A stretch of DNA of 64,000 nt from Promethearchaeia archaeon (GCA_029856145.1 JAHQWK010000004.1:96001-160000), one strand, 5' to 3'. Counted from the first letter of the stretch, positions 1-11,468 are shown. Translations and numbers: made by a program. The notes: a model not told the origin generated them from the letters alone.

Positions 1-158
1 AATGTTCGCCCTGTTGGGTCTTGGATTTGTTGCATATCTCCTGTAGCCAACCCTTCTTTCTTATAGACCCAATCAAGTGCCGTTGTTTTTCCACCTAGGC
101 TTGGGCCGTAGAAACAGATCTTAAATACAAGGGTCCCATCTCCTCGACGACTTGGCAA
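1..158 (-). CDS. MglA-type small GTPase, N-terminal part (runs off window start; not in ORF track)
   Basis: Manual translation from TTG at 158: MPSRRGDGTLVFKICFYGPSLGGKTTALDWVYKKEGLATGDMQQIQDPTGRT. P-loop KIxFYGPxLxGKTT and the RT motif match the MglA/Arf-like family; GTGAGG RBS upstream. Confidence 0.85.
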   Translation of the reverse strand, partial: MPSRRGDGTLVFKICFYGPSLGGKTTALDWVYKKEGLATGDMQQIQDPTGRT

Positions 159-427
159 ATATATCAATCCTCACTTTTAAATAATCAAAAAATATAAATT
201 AAATCTTATTAAATCTATAAAACTCTTGTAATATAAAAATTTACAAAAGAAAAGTTTTGCTATTTTTAAGTATTGAAAGTAGCAATCTCATATGTATTTA
301 GCTCTAATATCTAAATATTATGCATGCTATTACTAATAATCTATCTTTTTAACTTTGCCACTCTTATATTTCTGTTTGTAGACATTCCGGTGATTAACCT
401 TAAAAGTCCCAAATAATGTCTTTAGGC

Positions 428-1306
428 CTATAAGATTTTACCACACCATACACATTCTTCGTGCTTGAGTTTACGTGACAAAGCACACTTAGGGCAATCT
501 TCTTTTACACTTGGTTCTTGTTCGGTTTCCGGGGGAATAGTGATAAGAATTTTCTCCGGTTCTAATTCAATTGCAGAGGATTTACTTTCAATTTGGATAT
601 CTTGTTTGGTTTCAGGTGCAACACTTTCAAATTGTTCTCCACAATTAACACAATATCGCGGATCTGTTTTCATCATCTTATAACCGCACATAGGGCAGAA
701 TTTAAATGAAGATTGTGCTAAATCTGTAGCTACTGGGCTTGGTTCAGTATGTGCTTGTTCAGGGCTCATAAATTGTTTTTTCATAGGGACAATTACCTCT
801 TTTGGTTGTACAGGACTCATTTTTGAGACTCCATACCCTATTAATGATAAAATACCACCTAAAAACATTCCGATTACACCAAAACCTGGGTTTAAATTTG
901 CCCACATACTTAGATCATAGAACATTTGAGTATTAATTTCCAATCCCACTATCCATACTATTGTTCCAATCATTAGCATTACCGATGCTCCAGCCCAAGA
1001 TCTACTATCGTTATAAGCAGTTGCTCTTTTAAATTTCCTCGTATTATTGCCTTTATAAATGATAATACCAATACTTATAAGCACTATTAAAGAACCTATT
1101 AAAGAAACAAAAATTTCACCAGGATCTTGAGTAAATCGGGTAATAGTCCCATATCCGTAAACCTGTAATGAAAATAATCCCCACATCCAAACATACATAG
1201 AACTAGCATAGTTACTAATATAACCCGCTGGTGTCAAAAAAGCAATAAGAGCAATAGCGCCTCCAACTAGTGAAAATGCCCAATCATATTCTCTAACATC
1301 TCCCAT
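428..1306 (-). CDS. Membrane protein (about 4 TM) with two C-terminal zinc ribbons
   Basis: Hydrophobic helices, then CPMC..CVNC and CPKC..CVWC. Confidence 0.75.
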   Translation of the reverse strand: MGDVREYDWAFSLVGGAIALIAFLTPAGYISNYASSMYVWMWGLFSLQVYGYGTITRFTQDPGEIFVSLIGSLIVLISIGIIIYKGNNTRKFKRATAYNDSRSWAGASVMLMIGTIVWIVGLEINTQMFYDLSMWANLNPGFGVIGMFLGGILSLIGYGVSKMSPVQPKEVIVPMKKQFMSPEQAHTEPSPVATDLAQSSFKFCPMCGYKMMKTDPRYCVNCGEQFESVAPETKQDIQIESKSSAIELEPEKILITIPPETEQEPSVKEDCPKCALSRKLKHEECVWCGKIL

Positions 1307-1599
1307 TTTTCATATAACCTCTACTTTCTATAAATTATTATTTTTAATATAATTCTTGTCTTATTTCTCAATAAGATATTTTGTATTATAAATCCATATT
1401 TTTTTTGTGGACAAGCAAGTAGAGAAAATATGATAGAAAATGGATTTAATCTTTTCTTTTAAAGAAAGGCAATTTAATGTAAACAAAATTGAGTATTTTG
1501 ATTGGATTTTTCTTTTGCAGAATATTAAAAATAAGTTCTTTTATGAAATAATAAGTAAATTAAATTCACTACATTAAATACATAATTTAGGTTTTTAAA

Positions 1600-4590
1600 T
1601 TGAAGGCTCTTTTAAAATCTTTTAATCTTTCTGATGATGCGATTAGCATTTACATTAAGGGGTTAGGGAAATTTCCATATACTCTTAGTGAAATTCAAAG
1701 TATTGTACCTAATGTCTCAGAAAAGGAGATTAAGCAAGTAATTGACGAGCTTATTGAAAAAAAACTAATTTTACTTATTAATCCTAGATATTCAGAATCA
1801 GTACCACACTATATAATTATTCCTCCATTTGCAGCAATGTTGAATAATATAACTGATTTAACTGAGGTTTCTGATGAAAGGAATATAAAAGAATCAGAAA
1901 AAAATCCTATGATAGAAAAATTTCAGGAGGCAATATATCAAGATTTGGAAAATATTAGTGGAGATTTGGTTGAAATACTTAGTAATAAAGACAATTCTGG
2001 TCAAACAATGGAAATTTTATCCGAAGTTGAGGAAAACGTAAAAAAACTTGCTCGTGTGATATTAGATGATGTTATTGGGATGATTTCACCTCTTAGAATG
2101 CAATCTGCTGTTGATGCTCGCGATTTTAGCAAACTTATCACCTCAGTAAAACAAAAAATGTCAGAATCAGAAGAAATAGTTGTTAATATGTTTTCTCAAT
2201 TTAGAGATATTGTTCAAAAATTGGGTTCTCCTGACGTACCCGCCGAATTAGACGCATTCAAAACATTCATAAGAAAATTAGGAGAATTAATTGACAAAAG
2301 AGTTCAGGAATTATCGTTAGGTGCTGGTACTCCCTCTTCAGAAAAAATTCAAGCTCTTGAAAACTCGTTATATAACCTTCTAACAAATTATATTAGCATT
2401 AATAAGGTTTCAATAGAAAAGTTTTGGATTATAAATAGTTATGAAAAGATTAAAGAAATCCTCTCTGTTCTATTAGAAAAATGCAAAAAAGAAATAACCA
2501 TTATCGTTCCTACTATCGAAGATTTTATTCCCTTAGAGAAATTTGACTTGGATTACTCCGGTTTAAAACAGGGTGTTACACAGAAAAAACCTACGCAAAA
2601 AAAACAAGTAAGTACCAGACCATCTAATACTAAAAAACAAAAAAAAGAAATCGTGGAAAAAATTGATCTTACAGCTAAAAAAGTTGCAGAACTTAAAGGA
2701 TTTGAATTAAGTCATGATATTGCTGATGTATTAACATTAATTTCGGAGATTAATGCAGAATCTGTTGTTATTGACAGTGTACAAGGTTGGCTGAACAGGC
2801 TTTTAGTTATTAGAAAACATCTAGACTCAAATACTCAATATCTACTTTTAAAAGACATGGAAAAATGGAAAAAAGATTACCCTAAAGTTAAGAAAATTGA
2901 AGAAAAACTAGAACAAGAAGTAGTAGATGAGTTAAAATCAAGGCTCTCTGAAGGAAAATCTAAAGACGAAATCCAACCTATAGGAGTAAACATAAAAATA
3001 ATTTCATCAGATTCTCATGAAAGTAAACATGCACTTGCTTTTGCTAAAAAAGCGAATATTGAGTATTTACAACTTAAAAGGAATAATATTTTTGCTATTA
3101 TGGCCGACAATTCGTCTTTTATTTTTGGAGTTTATCAAAAAATTAGAAGTAAAACTCGATTTGAGATAAGTGGTTTCTTTACCACCTATAAACCTATAAT
3201 TGAGATAATGGCTCCAGTAATAGTTGAGATTAGAAGTAAAGCGAGATATCCTAAAGCGGTTGAAATCAATAGAGTATTTAATGAAGTTATTGAAAATATT
3301 AATGATTATACTGGTAAAAAAATTGGAAAAAAGTTAAAAAGCTCATTAGATGTTGTATTTGAAAAGGATGGAATTTCTCTTGACATTTTAGAACTTAAAT
3401 TATTAATTGGGAAATTAGAAAAATTATATCATCCGTTAGATAATGAAATGAAAGAATATGTTATTAATGAGCTTAATACACTGAATAAAAAATTCTCTCC
3501 CTTCGAATTAACTTATCCCCCTGAATTTAGCCCCCCAATTTCCAAAGAAGAAGGTAAAAGTGAATTAGAGGCAGAGATTACACCACCTAAGATTGAACCA
3601 CTCGATCCAGAGAAACTTGATAATTTATTTGAATTATTCCTCGAAAAGATTAGTGATCTTAAAGGAGTAGAAATTGGAGAACAAATTGATAAATTTATTG
3701 AAGTAGTATTAAAATTGCAAGGATATTCAAACATTATTGAATGGAAAAACAGCTTGCGTAACGTCGATGAAAAACTGGAAGAACCATTTAAAGAAAAAAT
3801 TAAAGAAGATCTTTTAAGTTGGAAATTAGGGATATTGCAACAAACTATAGCACCACCCATACCGCTAAAAGAAGAATCCACTGAAGTTCTTGGATATTCA
3901 ACACAAGAAAGTGCTTCATCAATTTTTGAAGAAGATTACGTTAGTCCTGGATTAGCACAATCTCAATTTGGAGCTGAAGAAGAATCTTCATCAAACGAAG
4001 ATGAAAATAAAATTGAATCTAAAACAGAAATGAAAGAACTGTTCAATAAAATCCAAGCAAAACTAGGCGAACTAAGTGGAATTGAAATAAGTAAATTAAT
4101 GCAAAATATTGTTGATATTATATTAGAAACTGAAGGGTATTCAATGGTGCTTAAAGCTGTAAAAGATTGGATAAGTAAACTCCGGAAAATTAAAGGGCCG
4201 CTTGAAAGTGAAGTTAAAGACGACTTTCAACTAGAATTTCTAAAATTGAAAGAAAAGTATTCTGGCGAAGATGACGAAACCACCTTAGATTTTAGCCCTT
4301 CTTTTGAGATGATAGACAAATCTGACGAAATAGGTGGAAGCGGAAATGGTGGAACCTTGAACGATAAATTTAATGGTTTAATAGGGGGCGCTCAAACCTT
4401 AAAAGGGAATGAATTAAGTAATGATTTACAAAGTATCGCTGATATTCTTTTGCAATCTCAAGGAGCAGTTGCAGTAAATGTTATAAGACAATGGATTAGT
4501 AAATTGCGGTCTATAAAAGAGCCTTTAGAAGATGATATTAAAGATGAATTTTTAGCTGAATTAGAAAATTGGAAAGAAAAGTTTACTTAA
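1600..4590 (+). CDS. TrmB-like wHTH + coiled coil + PLD-like domain protein with five copies of a ~75-aa helical repeat
   Basis: N-terminal wHTH ending in YxxIPPFAA; EITIIVP...VNIKIIS strands; five repeats F..I....G.EI......D......G.......W...L.....L........W; paralogue of 60215-62137. Confidence 0.7.
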   Translation: MKALLKSFNLSDDAISIYIKGLGKFPYTLSEIQSIVPNVSEKEIKQVIDELIEKKLILLINPRYSESVPHYIIIPPFAAMLNNITDLTEVSDERNIKESEKNPMIEKFQEAIYQDLENISGDLVEILSNKDNSGQTMEILSEVEENVKKLARVILDDVIGMISPLRMQSAVDARDFSKLITSVKQKMSESEEIVVNMFSQFRDIVQKLGSPDVPAELDAFKTFIRKLGELIDKRVQELSLGAGTPSSEKIQALENSLYNLLTNYISINKVSIEKFWIINSYEKIKEILSVLLEKCKKEITIIVPTIEDFIPLEKFDLDYSGLKQGVTQKKPTQKKQVSTRPSNTKKQKKEIVEKIDLTAKKVAELKGFELSHDIADVLTLISEINAESVVIDSVQGWLNRLLVIRKHLDSNTQYLLLKDMEKWKKDYPKVKKIEEKLEQEVVDELKSRLSEGKSKDEIQPIGVNIKIISSDSHESKHALAFAKKANIEYLQLKRNNIFAIMADNSSFIFGVYQKIRSKTRFEISGFFTTYKPIIEIMAPVIVEIRSKARYPKAVEINRVFNEVIENINDYTGKKIGKKLKSSLDVVFEKDGISLDILELKLLIGKLEKLYHPLDNEMKEYVINELNTLNKKFSPFELTYPPEFSPPISKEEGKSELEAEITPPKIEPLDPEKLDNLFELFLEKISDLKGVEIGEQIDKFIEVVLKLQGYSNIIEWKNSLRNVDEKLEEPFKEKIKEDLLSWKLGILQQTIAPPIPLKEESTEVLGYSTQESASSIFEEDYVSPGLAQSQFGAEEESSSNEDENKIESKTEMKELFNKIQAKLGELSGIEISKLMQNIVDIILETEGYSMVLKAVKDWISKLRKIKGPLESEVKDDFQLEFLKLKEKYSGEDDETTLDFSPSFEMIDKSDEIGGSGNGGTLNDKFNGLIGGAQTLKGNELSNDLQSIADILLQSQGAVAVNVIRQWISKLRSIKEPLEDDIKDEFLAELENWKEKFT

Positions 4591-4598
4591 TATCATTA

Positions 4599-5747
4599 TT
4601 AATAAAAAGGATTATGATAATTTACCTTATCTTTATTATAAAGTGTTCTTAATTTAATTTCTTTATCAATTAGACCTTCAATATGACATAAATATTCATA
4701 TTCATCTTTTAAACACAGAGTAATAGCAACACCTTTCTTACTCATTCGCGATGTGCGCCCTATTCGATGAACATAATTATCGGGAAACTTTGGTACATCG
4801 TAATTAAAGACATGAGAAATACTATCGATATCGAGACCTCGCGCTGCTACATCCGTAGCAATGAGTAAATTAATTTTATGTGTTCTAAATTCATGCAGTA
4901 TTTTTTCTCTTTGAAATTGCGATAAATTTCCTGAAATTATACCTACCCTGAAATTTGTGCCTCTATATGATTTTAATCTCTTTTCTAACCACGCTGCTGT
5001 TTTCTTTGTATTTACAAACACTAACGCATGGTTTGGTCTTTCAATCTTTAAAACTTGAATAAAGGTTTTGAATTTCTCTTCAAATCTTTCAATTAAATAA
5101 TAAACTTGAGTTGTATTTCCAACAGTTAAACTATCTCTACTTAAATTTAAAAACTTAAATTTATTACTTGTATATTTTTGGACCAATTTCCTCATATCAG
5201 AATCTAAAGTTGCTGAAAAAAGCATAAATTGGTAATCTGTTCGAATCTTGCTAAGTATGTATTTCACATCTGGAGCAAAACCCATATCCCAAAGGCGATC
5301 TCCTTCATCCAAAATTACGAATCGAGTATTATGGAAGGATAGTTCCTTTCTTTTATAAAGATCGATAATTCTCCCGGGAGTTCCGACAATGATATTAACA
5401 CCATTCTTCAATTTGTTAATTTGATTATTTATAGAAACACCACCATAAATAGTCATTGACTTGATTCTAGGATTTCCCAGATCCTTTATAACACTGTTTA
5501 TTTGTTTTGCGAGCTCCCTTGTTGGAACTAAAACTAAAGCTTCATTGTTTATATATTTTAACTGCTCGACAATAGGCAGAATAAAAGCCAATGTCTTTCC
5601 AGTACCCGTTTTAGATTGAGTCATTAAATGATGACCCTCAATAATTAAGGGTATCGCTTCTTTTTGGACAGGAGTAGGATAAATTATATTATTTCTTTTT
5701 AAAGCGATAATATTTTTTTCGCTAATTCCTAAATCTTCAAAATTCAA
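4599..5747 (-). CDS. DEAD-box RNA helicase (DEGD variant)
   Basis: Q motif PTPVQ, TGTGKT, PTRELA, TPGRI, DEGD, SAT, ARGLD, HRIGRTSR. Confidence 0.95.
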   Translation of the reverse strand: MNFEDLGISEKNIIALKRNNIIYPTPVQKEAIPLIIEGHHLMTQSKTGTGKTLAFILPIVEQLKYINNEALVLVPTRELAKQINSVIKDLGNPRIKSMTIYGGVSINNQINKLKNGVNIIVGTPGRIIDLYKRKELSFHNTRFVILDEGDRLWDMGFAPDVKYILSKIRTDYQFMLFSATLDSDMRKLVQKYTSNKFKFLNLSRDSLTVGNTTQVYYLIERFEEKFKTFIQVLKIERPNHALVFVNTKKTAAWLEKRLKSYRGTNFRVGIISGNLSQFQREKILHEFRTHKINLLIATDVAARGLDIDSISHVFNYDVPKFPDNYVHRIGRTSRMSKKGVAITLCLKDEYEYLCHIEGLIDKEIKLRTLYNKDKVNYHNPFY

Positions 5748-5950
5748 TTTTAATTTTCACTAATTACTTACTTTTTTACGCTCTTCTTCAATTATGAAAA
5801 ATTAATTATGAAAGATAAAGTTTTGCATTAAGAAAAATTAGTATCTGATTAAAAATAAATTCTAAAAAAATTACTAACTAATTTTTGGTGAGAATTTTCT
5901 GTATATCAATAAAATATGTAGAGAAGAACTTAACTAAATTTTAGATTAAT

Positions 5951-8134
5951 TTAATCAAAAATTATTTGTTTTGATAATCGATCCAGTTTCATTAATTTGT
6001 AGTTAATTATCAGTCTAACTTTATTACTTTTAATTTTTGGATTATTCAAAAATAAATCCTGTGCTATAGAATGATATTTTTTTCCTTTTTTAGCAAGTCT
6101 CCTATGAATTATATTTTCTTTATCATAAAGGGGAATTGGAAACATAAAGGGTCTTTTATGGATGTGTCTTGAACTCTTTACTAGCTTAATATATTTAGAT
6201 AAAATTGGAGTGTTTAAAACCGCTGAAAGATAATAGGCTTCATTTTCTGAGTCAGTAGAATAATAATAATTTTCAGATCCTATGATTAACTTCTGTTTTT
6301 GGTTATCAATCACAGCAGATTTCAAACTGGAACCACTAGCATTATATACAACAATATAGGACTTGTTATTAATTTGTTTTTTAAGTTTATTCCAGTAATT
6401 TAAATTCGCATATAAAGTATTAATTCTACTTGTTTTCTTCTTATTTTTTTGATAAATTGCATCCATATCCTGATAAAATTTCAAAGCTTTGGGATAATCT
6501 TTAAGAAAATCAAGATCAAAATCAAGTTGGTCATTTACAGGAAGAAACACATTTTTTTTATGTTTGATGTGGAATGGAAGCAGATCCATGTTTAAAAACG
6601 TTTTAAATTGGAACCTTTCTTCGATTTCTTTATTTTTAAAGGGAAATTTCCATTGTTTTTTTGATCGAGACATAATCTCTGAATCAGATGAAATAATTAA
6701 ATAATTATTTCTTTTCTGGTTTTTATTGAAGAAAACTAAAGTTCGTGGAACCAAAGTAGCACCTTGAAAAAATTTTTCTTTATAAGGACTTTTTTCTAAT
6801 TTAGTAATAACTTCTAGTTCTTGTAAAGGTAAAAGTAATTTCGCACCATTATTTTCAATTTTCAAACTTGAATAAAATGTTTTTTCTGCTAATTCTAGGT
6901 TAGTATTATATAGTTTTGTTTTAATTGGATATTTCTCATGAATTGAAACATCATTATCTTTGCCGATGTATTCCGCTTTTAAGCAAATATGATTAACATT
7001 AAAAAAATAGTGTTTTGGAAAATCCCAAATTTCTAATTTTTTATTAAACAAAGAGAAAGATCTAAATTTATGGCAATGATCTCCGTTTAAGACACTTTTT
7101 GGCATTACAAAAAAAATTTTTCCATTTTGGGCTAAAAATTTTAAAGGTATGGCATAAAAAAAAATAGCAGCCAATTCTATATGTGTAATATATTGACTCG
7201 GTGGCTTAATCCCTAACTTATTTGCTAAATTTCGAATTTTAATCTGATAAGGTTTATTTTGCAAGTCCTTATACGTTAGCCATGGAGGATTTCCAATCAC
7301 TACATCAAAAGAATTATATAAATTATTAAAATCAATATCTTTTTCATAAAGCTCAGGAAATAATGAATCAATTAAAAAAATGTTAAAATTTGATATGTTA
7401 TAGTTATCTTTATAAAAATATTCCAAGAGCAAGAGGATTATATTAACTTTTACGGTCATAACAGCCAAAGGATTAATATCAAAGCCAAAAACTTTAGATA
7501 TAGCTTTCTCTCTTGATTTTATTGACTCTTTAGAATCAATTATTTTAATTAATATATTAATTATAAAATTCCCTGAACCACAAGAGGGATCGAGAACTTT
7601 TAATCCTATTTTATAAACATCTTTCACCATCTTTTGAACTAAATTTGATGGGGTGAAGAATTCACCTATTCTATGTCTAATTTCAGGAAGAAAAACTTGC
7701 TGGTATAAAGAATTAAATAAATCTTCCTTTGCAAATTTAAAATTTTGAAATTCATTATAGATTTTTCTGACTAATTCCTTGTTAAATTTTGTCCAAAAAA
7801 AATAATCACATTCGAATATATCTTTCAAGTTATTTTCATTATATTCTTTATAGATTTCCTCAAAATCGAGATTTTTATTTGTGGATAATCTAGAACTTAC
7901 AATAACTTTTAAGACATGCGTAAAATAAGTATGATTTAAAAACAATTCAGATGTTATTTCATATCCATAGAAATTGCAGAAGATTTCTTTCCATTTTAAA
8001 AATTTTTCTTCATATAATTTTTCTTTTTTTAATTGCTCTTTAAGATGATTAATAGACTGGATGTAAATATTAGATCTTAATCCTAAAAATTCAGTAATAG
8101 CTTTTGAGTTTATTAATTCTTTATCTACATCCAT
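5951..8134 (-). CDS. N6-adenine DNA methyltransferase (Eco57I/TaqI-like, with C-terminal target-recognition region)
   Basis: GEFFTP, VLDPSCGSGNF (motif I), GNPPW (motif IV). Confidence 0.9.
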   Translation of the reverse strand: MDVDKELINSKAITEFLGLRSNIYIQSINHLKEQLKKEKLYEEKFLKWKEIFCNFYGYEITSELFLNHTYFTHVLKVIVSSRLSTNKNLDFEEIYKEYNENNLKDIFECDYFFWTKFNKELVRKIYNEFQNFKFAKEDLFNSLYQQVFLPEIRHRIGEFFTPSNLVQKMVKDVYKIGLKVLDPSCGSGNFIINILIKIIDSKESIKSREKAISKVFGFDINPLAVMTVKVNIILLLLEYFYKDNYNISNFNIFLIDSLFPELYEKDIDFNNLYNSFDVVIGNPPWLTYKDLQNKPYQIKIRNLANKLGIKPPSQYITHIELAAIFFYAIPLKFLAQNGKIFFVMPKSVLNGDHCHKFRSFSLFNKKLEIWDFPKHYFFNVNHICLKAEYIGKDNDVSIHEKYPIKTKLYNTNLELAEKTFYSSLKIENNGAKLLLPLQELEVITKLEKSPYKEKFFQGATLVPRTLVFFNKNQKRNNYLIISSDSEIMSRSKKQWKFPFKNKEIEERFQFKTFLNMDLLPFHIKHKKNVFLPVNDQLDFDLDFLKDYPKALKFYQDMDAIYQKNKKKTSRINTLYANLNYWNKLKKQINNKSYIVVYNASGSSLKSAVIDNQKQKLIIGSENYYYSTDSENEAYYLSAVLNTPILSKYIKLVKSSRHIHKRPFMFPIPLYDKENIIHRRLAKKGKKYHSIAQDLFLNNPKIKSNKVRLIINYKLMKLDRLSKQIIFD

Positions 8135-8237
8135 TTTATATCATATATATGAATTGATATCATAAATTTTAATCGTTTAATTAATTTAAATAAAAAAAAA
8201 GGGGTCTGTGAAAAATGAAAGTATTAAAAAGATAACT

Positions 8238-8762
8238 TTATTTTCTCATAAATGTAGGAAGCATTAAGGAAAAAATTTCTGCAATCATTCTTAATTTCGT
8301 TTTCTCCTGAATTTTTGTAACAATTAAAATCGATTTTGACAACTCTTCTTTATCTAAAGATCCTCCCGCATAAACTGCTTGGTCAGTATTAAATACTAAT
8401 AGAAATTTTACATTAGGATTGTTTATAACGCTTATTCCTTGAGTAAGTTTTAAATCATCATAAATTGGCATATAGCTTTTAGGGATATCGCTTCTGTCAT
8501 TAGTAATTAGAAGCACTGGAATCCCTCGTTCAACAGCTCTTTTAAGTTCTTTTGCATAAAAGCTATCGATACGTGGAGTTATAATATTCAATTGATCATT
8601 TGTTGAATTAATCAAATTAATCAAAAGATCATTCAAGACATTTTTCTTTTCCGCTCCTCCAGAAGATTCTATATCTACCATTCCTACTAAAGTCATTATC
8701 TTCTTTTCTAGGTCAGTTATCTGTGCTCGTAATTTCTTATTCTCAATCCTCAACTGTAGCAT
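8238..8762 (-). CDS. Coiled coil + PLD-like (degenerate HKD) domain protein
   Basis: LNIITPRID..ELKRAVERGIPVLLIT and NVKFLLVFNTDQAVYAGGSL match the PLD-fold pattern but lack HxK. Confidence 0.6.
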   Translation of the reverse strand: MLQLRIENKKLRAQITDLEKKIMTLVGMVDIESSGGAEKKNVLNDLLINLINSTNDQLNIITPRIDSFYAKELKRAVERGIPVLLITNDRSDIPKSYMPIYDDLKLTQGISVINNPNVKFLLVFNTDQAVYAGGSLDKEELSKSILIVTKIQEKTKLRMIAEIFSLMLPTFMRK

Positions 8763-8876
8763 TCGATCATTCGATATTCGATATCAACTCTTTTTTTGTA
8801 TTAATAATGAATGATTTAAATTATAATTATATTAATATTTTTTATTTATTGATTTTTGCTAAAGGAAAAATTGAAT

Positions 8877-11468
8877 TCAAGAACCTATTTTTTTCCAAGG
8901 TTTTCCAAAAAGTAAATAGCTAGATATTGCTAAACTACTTCGTAAATCTATATGTTTAATACCAGTATCTGAAGTCGAATCTTTAACCTGTTGTTCTACA
9001 AGTTTTTCCATTTTAGTTGCGATACATTGTTGACGTGCCTTCAGGAGTGAAACACCTTGACTGTTATTGTTGAAAAAATTCATAAAGAAATTTGAGATGA
9101 TTTGTTTTGTTTCATCATTAAAAATCGGATAATTTTTTGAAACAATTCCAGTTATCCTATTGTAATCAAATTGAGCAACGATATCTCCAAATGTCCTTAA
9201 GGTGTTCCTTAGCTTCTTACCTTCAATATCATAAACTTGGGAATTTAAAAATATCAAGGGCTGATTTTTTGAATTGTTCTGACTTAGTATATGATTAATT
9301 TCATTAAAAGTTAAAATTTGATTATCATTTGTAAGGAAAAAACTATTTTTGGGGCTCCATTTTGAGTAAAAAATATTTCCAACAAATACTATGATATGGT
9401 ACATGTCAGTTGATAAATTTGATAAAATATTTTCCCGTGTTGAATTGGCTCCTAATAAAGTAGCCATTTGGTTAATTTCATTTCTTTGATTAAAGAAATT
9501 TATTATATAATTCAATTCCTCTGCTCCAGCTTGAAATGGATAAATTAATTCTTTCTGTTTGGTTTTTTCATTCCATTTTACAGGACTTTTAGAATTAATT
9601 TATTCAATTACTAAAACATTATATACTTTATTAGATGCCTCAGTTAAAGGTTCCTTGGGCACTTCATCCTCAAAAGCAACACCACCAAGTGGGGCCTCAC
9701 CTATTTTGTATGCACTTGAATATTTTAATAAGAAAAAATTATTATCATAAATAAGATCGAAAGGTATTGTCATGCTATCTAATATAAAATAAAATTGAGG
9801 TATTTGATTCAAACTTTCGATCTTAAATGACTTAAAAAAATCTCTAATTAATTTTGGCAGAAAAAAATATAATAATTCACCAAACTCTTTCAGATTGAAA
9901 TGGTATTTCCGATATTCCGATTCATAGAAAAGTTCATTATAAATTTCAATTAGTTGAGAATCATTCCAGAATTCATCAACAATTGTTCCTTGAATTATTT
10001 AATTTTTAACTGAAATTATTCTATAGGAAATCATCCCATAAGAATTGATTCTTAGAATTATCTGCTTTATGCTAAAGTCTTTGTGAAATAATTGCTTTTG
10101 ATTGTTTTCATCGTTAAAAGTATATATCTCTTTTTTCATAGATTCTGTTTCAGTATATAATACCCTCAGATCTGTTATTTTTATACTAAAATCCTTATCT
10201 AAATATAGAAGTATTTTTTGTGCAATGTTATAATTTTGTTCCTCAAATAGAGCACGATAAAACATCATTCTCCAAAAATCTTTCTGTTCTAAAGAAAAGA
10301 ACATAGACTTAAATTGCCAAAGGATATTGCATGTGTAAAAATAATGAAAGAGTTGGGTATTTGTTTGAGGTAATTTTAAGTGATTGCTTAGTTTTTCTAA
10401 TGATTGAAGTAAAAATTTCTTTTCTTTCATATCCACAAATTTTTTACAGGCTTCAACCCATAATTCAATTAGAATGTTATCATAGGATAAATCAGTTTTA
10501 TACATAAATAAATCTTCTAAGAAATCATATATCTCATACGCAATTTCAAAACGATTTCTATTAATTGAAAAATCGATAAATTTTCTAATATAGGTGACAG
10601 CATCACCAAATGATTGGTACTCTTGAATTTTAAAGAATATATTGCGAATAAAGATAATAATCCACGAATATTCACTTATATCATTTAAATAATAAATCAA
10701 TTCTTCAAGATCAACCAAAATAGTATTAAAACTTCTTTCATTAATTGAAATTCTACTGATACTGCTAAATTCGTTTTTTAAATAACCTGGAAGTCTGTTT
10801 ATTAAAATTTTATTGATTATACGTACAAATTCGGCAGAATCTTCCATTAATTTATACTTTAAACAAACATTCTCTAATAGTATATAAATAAATAATGCTC
10901 GTTTGCTTGGTTCTATGTCAAATATCGTTTTACTTATACTCTGCATACTCAAATGGAAATATTCTGAAGGCACTACTGATTTTCTTAAAAAGATTTGTAA
11001 TATCTGTAATTCAAATAATCTCTGAAAATCATCTCTTTCATGCAACTTTGCTGAAAAAGAATTAATGAATTTAGTTATTCCTATTTGGGATAAGTCCTCC
11101 ATTTTTATAAATTCTTGTAGAAGATTAGTGCAGAAATTATTAAATAAATAAAAATCATCTAATTTAGATAAAAATGAAAAAAATCTTTTATACGCGTCAA
11201 TATATCTGATTAAATCAATCTCAACTTTTCCATCCTTATGTTTAATTAATGAATTTAAATACATCCACCAAGAATTAGAAATAATCATAATTAACTGATG
11301 CTTTTTCTGAATATCAAGCCAATCATTCTTCGCTATTTCAAAACTTAGATCATCTAATAATTTTGATGCCCATAAATGATTAGCAGCATATAACAGCTTT
11401 CGAGCTGTTATAATTTTGTTTTGGAAATTAGTTAAAAATTCTTTTTTCAAATCCGTACTAACAGACAT
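8877..11468 (-). pseudogene. Helical-repeat + CHAT (caspase-like) domain gene, 863 codons in one frame, interrupted by two in-frame TAA codons
   Basis: ORFs 9999-11468, 9600-9812 and 8877-9515 share a frame; the gaps translate without other stops. CHAT-like motifs IPFDLI..FFLLKY, LLGANSTRENIL, HIIVFVGN, PLIFLNSQ, SYLLFGKP. Confidence 0.8.
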
